From a virus (taxonomy: Duplodnaviria > Caudoviricetes), in IMG/VR virus record IMGVR_UViG_3300025759_000132, positions 1 through 52,947 of that record: a stretch of 52,947 nt of DNA; one strand, written 5' to 3'. The notes under the pieces are model-generated. The model saw only the letters and a program-made list of their open reading frames with translations, was not told the DNA's origin and did not search any database. The translations under genes and the position numbers were made by a program. This document shows positions 45,302-52,947 of the stretch, one piece after another. How positions within the stretch are numbered: the first letter of the stretch is position 1; the number at the start of each line of letters is the position of its first letter.

Positions 45302-48013
45302 TTATACTGGGTTAGAGTAGTTACGTTCTAGACCGGCAACAACAGAGATTGGTGTTGCTTGGTTTGTGATTGTTGCGGCAACTTCCACAAACTGTCCACT
45401 ATCAAACCCAATTGCTCGAACAACAACGTCAGCGTTACCATCGCCAGCGTCACGAGCACCCTGAGCGTTAGTATCATAAGCGTAGTTGAATGTGACTTCA
45501 CTTGGTGATGCGTTTGGAATATTTCCAGTAACATCGGTGTTACTATCATCCTGAACCAATAGAGCACTTGGCGTGTCGATTGGTTGTTGATCAACGTTAA
45601 CTGTTGCACCAGCAGATTCGTTAACTGGTGGCAAGCCGTCAACCTTGACAACCTGTAAGTTAGCAGGAGCACTTCCATTACCAGTAATACGATAAATACC
45701 GTTATTTTCTGGATTGGTAAATCCAGAAACTCTGAGGTATTCACCAACGTTATAATCATCACCAGCTTCTAGAGTAAACCCACTACCGCTGTCTGCGATA
45801 GTGATGTTTCTTCCACTAACACCACTGGTTGATATAGTTGTTGCTGTACGTCTAACTGTTCTATCATAGAACATCCAGTACTTAGCATCGTTGGTAGCAG
45901 CATCTGCAATCAAGTTATCGTTAAAGGTTAGTGTTACAAGAACTGATAGTGGGAATCTTCGTTCTGTTCCAGCATTATCAACAGCACGAATATCGTTCAC
46001 GTCAGATGTTTGATAACCAACGATAAACACACCGGATCCACCACCTTCTGGGTTTGTAATGTTTCCAGCTACAGCTGAACCAGCAGTGATAACGTCACCA
46101 GTGAAGCTCAACAACTCATCAGCAGTAGAACCTGTTACTGTGTTACCAGAAGGAACCTTGTTGATGTTTGCATCTTGCCGTAATTGATATTGAATTGCAG
46201 CGTAGACGTTTTCAATTGTTGTTCCTTCTTTAGGATTACCGGCGACGATTGGAATAGAGTTTGCAGTATTGTTTGCAGAACTTCTTTCTAGTGAGAACGA
46301 TAACCCTGTTTCTCCACCAGAACCTCCAAGATTTGAAGTTAGATTAATGGTAGATCCAGAAATACTAGCAACAGTATATTTTTTACTGTCAGACGGTGTA
46401 GTAGATGTATCTACATACACATTAGCATTTTGACCGTTGTAGATAGAGAGTTTACCTCCTTCGAAACCACCAGGAATTGTTACACCCGCATTAAATGTGG
46501 CTGTACCGCCTGTAGCAGATCCTTTAACACCAGAGAATGTACCAGCGTCAACAACAATACCATATTCACGTGGGAATGCGCTACTAGCACTATCGATACG
46601 AACTTTGAATGGAACATCAAAGTATTTAATATTGATAACATCACGACTATCGCCGTCCCATGGTGCTTGTGTGATATCACCATCAGTTTCAAATGGAGCA
46701 CCAGCGCCAGTAATTTTAACATCTGGTGAGTTTGTTAGTGGGAAACGATACACCTGGTTAGCAAGGTTGGTAACACCAATGTCTCCTAATGTAACTTTAC
46801 CGTATGATTTAGACTGAGCAATAGTACTGTTTGCACGAAGGAAGATGTTCAAGACATTTCTGTTGTCCCATGCAGCACTAAAGTCTGTGTCAGTAGCAGT
46901 ATTAGCAATGAATGGATCAGTTGTAACTTCAAGATTAGTAGTGGTTATAGTTTCAATTGTATATGTACCAATTGGTTGTGATACTTCAGAAGAAACAACT
47001 TCAATTTTACCGCCTACTTGATATCCATCTGTTATCCAAGAACCTGTTGTTCTAGCAATTGTATTTGAGTGTGGATAATTAACTGGACCATAATGACCAC
47101 CAGTTGTTGCTGTGTTTGCATAGTATTTAAATGTTAAGACACCTTCATTCACAGCGTCTGTGAATGTGAAGTTTTCACGAGCAGCTGTGTCTGTTGGGTC
47201 ATTGCCCTGCTGATAATAAGCAAGGTCGTTTGTATTATCGAATGTACCAAGTGAGATAACACCAGCATATTGTTCTTGAAGTTGACCAGTAGCATCAAAC
47301 TCTGACCATCCTCCAGTACGAATTAGTTCACGTGAATAACGGCTATCAAGAGCTACAAGACTACCAGCTGTATAATTATATTCATTGTCAATAGGAATCG
47401 GAAGATCGTAGAATCTCCAACCTGCAGCGGTACCTGACCCAATTTCGAACTGTTCTGGCGTAATAGCAGTGAATGGGAAGTCGAACTGAATTAGATATGG
47501 ATCATACTTCCACTGTTCCTTAGTGAACGAATAAATTGTTTGTAATGTAACACCATCATCATCCAAGTTACCTTGACGAATAAGCCAAATTTTCTTGTTG
47601 AATGTATCATAGTAAACTGATTTAGCGGTAGCAGTTAAAACTTGTGAACCTGTTTTAACTGCGCCTGCAATCGTATTCGAACCAAGAATTTTAATCGTTG
47701 TATCACCACCGACAGTAGTATTTGCAAGACTGCCTTGTGAACCGGCTACTTTCTTCACTGTGTATGATGTAGGGCTTGCTACTGCTGTAATCTGATATAA
47801 ACCAACGTTGTTTGCAATATTGGATGCGCCTGTTGTGTTAGCGGTCCGAATTTCAAAGTAATCATACTGTTGGAATGCTGGACCAGAAGTATAAGTCATC
47901 GTTGCGGTATTTGGATTAGCACCAATAACCTTTAACCTTGTAGTTGTCGCTGAAACAGGAAAAGAAACTGTGTTTCCCTGCTTCAGATAATCGGGATCTG
48001 TAATTAGAGCCAT
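45302..48013 (-). CDS. Large putative virion structural protein (903 aa)
   Basis: MALITDPD, GVTLQTIYSFTKEQW, C-terminal ERNYSNPV; late promoter 48069-48076. Confidence 0.7.
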   Translation of the reverse strand: MALITDPDYLKQGNTVSFPVSATTTRLKVIGANPNTATMTYTSGPAFQQYDYFEIRTANTTGASNIANNVGLYQITAVASPTSYTVKKVAGSQGSLANTTVGGDTTIKILGSNTIAGAVKTGSQVLTATAKSVYYDTFNKKIWLIRQGNLDDDGVTLQTIYSFTKEQWKYDPYLIQFDFPFTAITPEQFEIGSGTAAGWRFYDLPIPIDNEYNYTAGSLVALDSRYSRELIRTGGWSEFDATGQLQEQYAGVISLGTFDNTNDLAYYQQGNDPTDTAARENFTFTDAVNEGVLTFKYYANTATTGGHYGPVNYPHSNTIARTTGSWITDGYQVGGKIEVVSSEVSQPIGTYTIETITTTNLEVTTDPFIANTATDTDFSAAWDNRNVLNIFLRANSTIAQSKSYGKVTLGDIGVTNLANQVYRFPLTNSPDVKITGAGAPFETDGDITQAPWDGDSRDVINIKYFDVPFKVRIDSASSAFPREYGIVVDAGTFSGVKGSATGGTATFNAGVTIPGGFEGGKLSIYNGQNANVYVDTSTTPSDSKKYTVASISGSTINLTSNLGGSGGETGLSFSLERSSANNTANSIPIVAGNPKEGTTIENVYAAIQYQLRQDANINKVPSGNTVTGSTADELLSFTGDVITAGSAVAGNITNPEGGGSGVFIVGYQTSDVNDIRAVDNAGTERRFPLSVLVTLTFNDNLIADAATNDAKYWMFYDRTVRRTATTISTSGVSGRNITIADSGSGFTLEAGDDYNVGEYLRVSGFTNPENNGIYRITGNGSAPANLQVVKVDGLPPVNESAGATVNVDQQPIDTPSALLVQDDSNTDVTGNIPNASPSEVTFNYAYDTNAQGARDAGDGNADVVVRAIGFDSGQFVEVAATITNQATPISVVAGLERNYSNPV

Positions 48014-48086
48014 TTTTTTTTAATTCCTTTTGCTAGCTTAGAATTAACGAAATCTTCAATTCTTTGATTATTTATAAAAAATAGAA

Positions 48087-49181
48087 TTACACATCATATA
48101 TGTATGTGTTTCTAGAATCCCAAATTTTATCAAACGATTCTGTGTCGTTTGCCCAAAGAATTGTAGTAACAGTATTACCACTTTGTTCATTAACTCTTTT
48201 AATTCTCCAAGATGCTGTGTTAGCATATGATCCTGGATTTGCTTCACCAACATAAGTATATGTGTTTGCGCCAACTACTACTTCATCTACTAATCTATCG
48301 TATTGCACTTCTAGTTGAACCCTTACTGTATTAATAACATCAACAATATTCATTGATGTAAATTTTGAAATTCTTTTATCAAAAATTAAGATATCATTAT
48401 TAGCCAATTGAGATGGTCTATTAAAGACAACATCATCATTATCTAGAATACGAGTTGAACCACCTCCACCAAGACTAGCTAACTGTTGATTCAATCTCGC
48501 TTTATATGTGTTAAAGTCTTTTTCAAACTTTGTTAAACTCTTTGTAACATCAGCATCAGATCCATCTTTACCATCACGACCATCTTTACCATCTTTACCA
48601 GAATCACCCTTATCGCCTTTTGGACCCTTTGGACCTCTGTCGCCTTTTGGACCACGAGAACCTTTATCGCCTTTTAAACCTTTTGGACCTGCTTTACCCT
48701 GCTTGCCTTCTTTTCCAATATCACCCTTTGAACCCTGTGCACCAATTGGACCTTGTTCGCCTTTTAAACCTTGAGGTCCACTATCACCCCTCTCTCCTTG
48801 TTCTCCTCGTTCACCTTTAAATCCTTGCGGTCCTCGTATTCCTGGGCTGCCTTTTTCACCTTTAGGACCTGTATCTCCCTTTTCTCCTTGCGGTCCTTGT
48901 TGACCAACTGGACCGGGCTCACCGGAGTTACCTTTATCACCTTTGTCTCCCTTCTCACCAAGTTCACCTTGTATACCTTGTGGACCCTGTGGACCGATTG
49001 GACCTTGTTCGCCAATCAATCCAGGTTCGCCACGATCACCTTTCTCACCTTGCGGACCAGTAACAGTCTCAATCGAAGCAAGAATTTCTTCTGTCAACTC
49101 CTCTTTAATGTCAATACCTTGCTTTTTAATTACAGCAAGTATCGTACTGAGGAGTTTCGCATTCTCAATACTTTGTTTCAT
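48087..49181 (-). CDS. Collagen-like (Gly-X-Y) fibre protein
   Basis: About 55 consecutive G-X-Y triplets followed by coiled coil and LGGGGS. Confidence 0.88.
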   Translation of the reverse strand: MKQSIENAKLLSTILAVIKKQGIDIKEELTEEILASIETVTGPQGEKGDRGEPGLIGEQGPIGPQGPQGIQGELGEKGDKGDKGNSGEPGPVGQQGPQGEKGDTGPKGEKGSPGIRGPQGFKGERGEQGERGDSGPQGLKGEQGPIGAQGSKGDIGKEGKQGKAGPKGLKGDKGSRGPKGDRGPKGPKGDKGDSGKDGKDGRDGKDGSDADVTKSLTKFEKDFNTYKARLNQQLASLGGGGSTRILDNDDVVFNRPSQLANNDILIFDKRISKFTSMNIVDVINTVRVQLEVQYDRLVDEVVVGANTYTYVGEANPGSYANTASWRIKRVNEQSGNTVTTILWANDTESFDKIWDSRNTYIYDV

Positions 49182-49184
49182 AAT

Positions 49185-50825
49185 CTATTCCTTTTCAGGA
49201 ACCATAGAATCCATAAATTTAGTCATACTCTCTACGAGTTTCTTTTCTTCGTCAGATAACTCTTTGTTTGGAACAAACTCTTCTTCAGGTTGAGATTGAG
49301 GTGGTTGTTCTGATTGTTGTGGTCCTTGATCTTGATCATCATCTTCCATATCTTCGTCAGAACCTTCTTTCTTAATCTGCTTTTCGATATCTTGAATATC
49401 TTCTTCAGACATACGAAGAACATTCTTACGAATCCATTCTTCAGAGAAATACTTACCGACATATTGATCAACATCACCCAGAATACGAAGACGCTCAGTC
49501 ATCATCTCTGATTCTTTAAGTTCTGTAAAGTGATTGTCTTCCATAAAGTTATAATATATATGTTCTTTCATTTCTTTCCACTCTTTACGAGTAGTAATAC
49601 CCTTGAGTGCTAAATGAATCTCAAGTAACTCATCAAAAAGAATAGAAAATCTTACACGAAGTCTTTCAACGAACTTATGAAACTTTAGTTCGTCGCGAGT
49701 GATTTCAGAAGCACGACCAAGATTGAACTGAGACTCAGCCTCCATACGAGTGATGGGAACATTTAATGACTTGTAAAGTTTACGACGAAAATAATCAACA
49801 TCTTCCATTTCGCCAAGATTTTGACCACCAGGAAGTGTTGTGATTTCTGTACCACGACCACCTTCACGTCTTGGAAGCCAGAAGTCTTCAAGCATCGTCA
49901 TAAACTTACGATCATCCCGTACTTCACCTGTACTTGCATCATAGACAAGTTTATTCTTATGCTTTGCCATCATATCACGAAGATATTGTTCAGCTTTCAT
50001 TTTAGGAAGGTTACCAACGTCGATATAAAAGATACGACGTTCAGGCGCACGAGCAAGACGGTAAATGACTACAGCATCTTCAAGCATACGAAGTTGATTG
50101 AGTGGTTTGATTGCTTTATGAAGATGTGAATAAACCATTCCGTTGTTTGGGCTTAACAAACCTGAATGAACGTAACAGATAGAATCTTTTGCAATCTTAA
50201 TACCTTGTGCTTGATTTGTAGCTGACTGTGCACCAACACCAGTTGGACTATAAAGATAGTATTCGTTCATACCTTTATAAAGAGTCGCGCCTGTTCTCTT
50301 ATCTTTTTCTTTAATCGGTTCTTTGATTTTACGAATCTTACGTGGATCGATGTATCGTAAATCTTTAATGCCCTGCCGAGGATTCTTTTCATCGATTACA
50401 ATATTATAATACAACCGACCATCAACATACCACTTGCGGAAAATATCATAACCATTATTATGCATATCAAGCATTCGAATAATGTCTTCAAAACCAGATC
50501 GAATTTTTTTCTTTAAAGATTCTGGATATTTCACTTTGTCAAGATTAATCTCTACTGGACCTTCATGATTATCGATAATAATCGCTTCGTTCACAATATC
50601 TTGAACAGCAGCATCACATTCAGGTTGAGTTGAGATTTCGCGGTACTTAGAAACAAGTTGACCCTCGTTCTTTGCTTTACCTTCTAAATCAACATAAGTT
50701 CCATACGCACCACCTGGAGCAAGTTCGATAGAACCATCTTCTGAAGTAGGAGCAACGATAGAAGGAATCTGTTCTTGATCCTTCTTTTCTTGTTGACGAG
50801 CGATAGTAAATCCAAAAAGTTCCAT
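49185..50825 (-). CDS. gp20: Portal vertex protein
   Basis: [52 protein letters not shown]; late promoter 50860-50867. Confidence 0.98.
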   Translation of the reverse strand: MELFGFTIARQQEKKDQEQIPSIVAPTSEDGSIELAPGGAYGTYVDLEGKAKNEGQLVSKYREISTQPECDAAVQDIVNEAIIIDNHEGPVEINLDKVKYPESLKKKIRSGFEDIIRMLDMHNNGYDIFRKWYVDGRLYYNIVIDEKNPRQGIKDLRYIDPRKIRKIKEPIKEKDKRTGATLYKGMNEYYLYSPTGVGAQSATNQAQGIKIAKDSICYVHSGLLSPNNGMVYSHLHKAIKPLNQLRMLEDAVVIYRLARAPERRIFYIDVGNLPKMKAEQYLRDMMAKHKNKLVYDASTGEVRDDRKFMTMLEDFWLPRREGGRGTEITTLPGGQNLGEMEDVDYFRRKLYKSLNVPITRMEAESQFNLGRASEITRDELKFHKFVERLRVRFSILFDELLEIHLALKGITTRKEWKEMKEHIYYNFMEDNHFTELKESEMMTERLRILGDVDQYVGKYFSEEWIRKNVLRMSEEDIQDIEKQIKKEGSDEDMEDDDQDQGPQQSEQPPQSQPEEEFVPNKELSDEEKKLVESMTKFMDSMVPEKE

Positions 50826-50881
50826 ATTAATTTTTATCCTATGTCTAAGTGATTTTGATTATTTATAATAACACATGACAC

Positions 50882-50908
50882 AAAAAAAGGGAGCCGAAGC
50901 TCCCTTTT
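50882..50908 (-). terminator. Terminator after gp19
   Basis: GGGAGC-TTCG-GCTCCC followed by T7. Confidence 0.9.
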
Positions 50909-50927
50909 CTCGATAGAATAACTATTA

Positions 50928-51479
50928 TTATAGATTGATAGCAGCGCCGAAAGAACTTGCAACATCAACTGTGAAATAATCATAAGTTAGTGTTACTTGA
51001 TATTCTTCGATAGCGTCTGTATTTGACCAATCAAGATCAATAGCAGCAATATTTGTTGGGAATAGTCCAACAAACTTATACTCTCGTAAGATGTTACCTT
51101 GTTTACCATAGTGAATGACCTGAGCCTGAGACTTATAGGCTTCAGGATTTGCACCAGTTAAACGTAGGTTTCCTTGAGTACTATTGATGTTCTGTGCCCA
51201 CTCTTCCATACCTGAACGAATTGAAAAGTCTTCATCGTTAATGATGGTGACTGTCCAATCTTCATATGTGCGGTTGCCAGCAAACTTAACTGGGCGACCA
51301 AAGTATGGAACTGCAATCGAAGCAATTGAAGTTGCAGGAATCTGAGCCGCTCGGCACATAAACCTGAACTTTTCATCAGCAGCACTATTAAAAGGATTGG
51401 TCATCGTAACTTCAAAGAGTGAAGGGCGAGCGCCGCCGCCTGTCATCGCTCCTTGAAATTCATTGATATTAAATGCCAT
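50928..51479 (-). CDS. gp19: Tail tube protein
   Basis: GGARPSLFEV, AGNRTYEDWTVTIINDEDF, GLFPT; late promoter 51505-51512. Confidence 0.95.
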   Translation of the reverse strand: MAFNINEFQGAMTGGGARPSLFEVTMTNPFNSAADEKFRFMCRAAQIPATSIASIAVPYFGRPVKFAGNRTYEDWTVTIINDEDFSIRSGMEEWAQNINSTQGNLRLTGANPEAYKSQAQVIHYGKQGNILREYKFVGLFPTNIAAIDLDWSNTDAIEEYQVTLTYDYFTVDVASSFGAAINL

Positions 51480-51512
51480 TTTATTCTCCTAATATCCTTT
51501 TATTTATTTATA

Positions 51513-52947
51513 TTAGAACTGACCGATTACTTCTTCGAAATCGACACCAGTACGAACTGCAACGAAGTTCAACTGAATGAAGTTAATCGAACGAGCAGGT
51601 TTAATGTAGATATCGCCAATAAACTCATTGCGGTCAATAACTTCTCCTGTATTGTTTGTTTCGTCGCAAACAACACGGAAGTCATAGATACCACGACGAC
51701 CCTGGACATCTCTTAGGAATGGTTCAACTAGATTACGGAACTGTGACCGAGTGAACGCATCGTTAAACTCGAACAGACTAAACTTAGCAGCGGTAGAAAT
51801 CGCTTTTTCAAGAACGATGAACAACCGACGAACATTGATACGATCAAATGCGCTTGGTTTAGCAAGTAGAGTTTTGTCGCCGAAGAGAACAGTACCTTGA
51901 CCTGGGAAAGAAACAACTGGGTTGATACCATTCTTATAGAGTTGATCACGATCTGCTTTCTTAGGATTATAAGAAAGTTTTACAACGTTCTTAATGTTAC
52001 CACGATTGAAACCAGCAGGTGAGAACCATGGATCACGAGTCGTATCTGTGCGAACCATGAGACCAGCAACATCACCGTTCATTGGAACATAACGATAAAC
52101 ATCGTTATACTTATCATATTGATACTTCCATGAACCATCAAGGGTAGCATAAGAAGTTGATGGTAGTGTGTTACGATATGCGATTGCATCTTCTGCTTCT
52201 TTACCAGCGTATGAAGAGTTGTTTACAACATCAGCAGACTCTGGTGAAATAACAGCGATACAGTCAAGACGTGTTTCGCAGATGTTATTGATGAGGTGTG
52301 TAGCAATCGTTTGATTTGCATCAGCACCTAGAATGAAGGAAACATCAACATCTTCAGCGGATTGGAATAGATTGTAACCATCAATCAACTGAGCATTAGT
52401 TGGTGTTGTACCATCATCACCACCAGATAGTGAAGCAGTTGTTGGTTTATCATCAGTATTATTAAATGTCGATGATAGAGCACCACCAGCAGATGCCATG
52501 TTATCTACATGAGAAGCCCACCACAACCAAGAAGATTGATTGTTAATGACTTCTTTGTAGTAGTTAGAAGCACCGTCTGTGGTACGAGCACCAACAGCAC
52601 GTGATAGACCAGACCAACGTTCTACAACTTGACCCTTGACGCCTGTGACATCGCCGTCTTCATCGACAACAGCGATATGAAGTTCGTCACCAGAACCACC
52701 AACACGAGTAGCGTCAGCAGATGTACCTGGAGCTGAATCAAATAGATTGTAGTATTCCCAACGACGCTCGGCTGATTTTACTTCTGTATTAGCAAAAGCG
52801 TATGTGGTATTATCTGTTGTGCCGAGTTGTGTTTGTGTTGGAGCAGTAGCAAGAGTAATTGATGTTCCATTTACAGAAGCAACTTTAATACCATCACCTA
52901 AATTTACACCAGATGACTGAAGGAATAGAACGTCGCCAGGAACAACA
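51513..52947 (-). CDS. gp18: Tail sheath protein (5' part outside window)
   Basis: PWFSPAGFNRG, LFGDKT, FDRINVRRLF, FEFND, IKPARSINFI; the frame continues upstream of the listed ORF to the window edge. Confidence 0.96.
   Translation of the reverse strand, partial: VVPGDVLFLQSSGVNLGDGIKVASVNGTSITLATAPTQTQLGTTDNTTYAFANTEVKSAERRWEYYNLFDSAPGTSADATRVGGSGDELHIAVVDEDGDVTGVKGQVVERWSGLSRAVGARTTDGASNYYKEVINNQSSWLWWASHVDNMASAGGALSSTFNNTDDKPTTASLSGGDDGTTPTNAQLIDGYNLFQSAEDVDVSFILGADANQTIATHLINNICETRLDCIAVISPESADVVNNSSYAGKEAEDAIAYRNTLPSTSYATLDGSWKYQYDKYNDVYRYVPMNGDVAGLMVRTDTTRDPWFSPAGFNRGNIKNVVKLSYNPKKADRDQLYKNGINPVVSFPGQGTVLFGDKTLLAKPSAFDRINVRRLFIVLEKAISTAAKFSLFEFNDAFTRSQFRNLVEPFLRDVQGRRGIYDFRVVCDETNNTGEVIDRNEFIGDIYIKPARSINFIQLNFVAVRTGVDFEEVIGQF

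Noticed and set aside
48550-49060. Periodic repeats as a possible CRISPR array or tandem repeat locus
   Set aside because: 9-nt periodicity from collagen G-X-Y codons; no repeat-spacer structure and no cas genes seen in the window
35266-52526. Many short alternative-frame and antisense ORFs within gp23, gp22, gp20, gp18 and the cassette genes
   Set aside because: Expected shadows of strongly biased codon usage; no independent signals
1-52947. Stop-codon reassignment, inteins, reverse transcriptase or retron
   Set aside because: Core genes are full length in the standard code with TAA, TAG and TGA all used as stops; protein sizes leave no room for inteins; no RT motifs noticed

Overview
A 53-kb segment of a large T4-like (myovirus) bacteriophage genome, almost all on the minus strand, standard genetic code. 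In transcription order (right to left): tail sheath gp18 (partial), tail tube gp19, portal gp20, a ~9.4-kb accessory structural cassette (collagen-like and large Thr/Gly/Asn-rich proteins), prohead core genes, gp21, gp22, gp23, Usg-like, gp3, uvsY, uvsW, gp55, gp47, gp46, peptide deformylase, MazG-like, a DNA-modification/nuclease cluster, gp45, gp44, gp62, regA, two tRNAs, hsp20, gp43, uvsX, gp41, small early genes, a deaminase, a PD-(D/E)xK protein, a DUF6267-like ligase-motif protein and a >1100-aa multidomain ORF that runs off the left edge and is missing from the ORF track. TATAAATA late promoters, sigma70-type early promoters and cUUCGg terminators are clear. Usg and a ROSE-like hsp20 leader suggest an alphaproteobacterial host (inference). 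Most notable: (1) the left-edge ORF looks like a capsid-packaged polyprotein of enzyme modules separated by prohead-protease-type Glu linkers, next to a ligase-motif protein with a capsid-targeting-like N-terminus; (2) homing-endonuclease cassettes that rebuild the ends of the core genes they interrupt (gp44, gp47, possibly uvsW), two related genes sharing a covarying 5' RNA structure; (3) glycosyltransferase-cluster proteins carrying the same clamp-binding-like peptide as the DNA polymerase; (4) a +1 frameshift in gp47. All family assignments come from motif recognition by eye; no searches were run.
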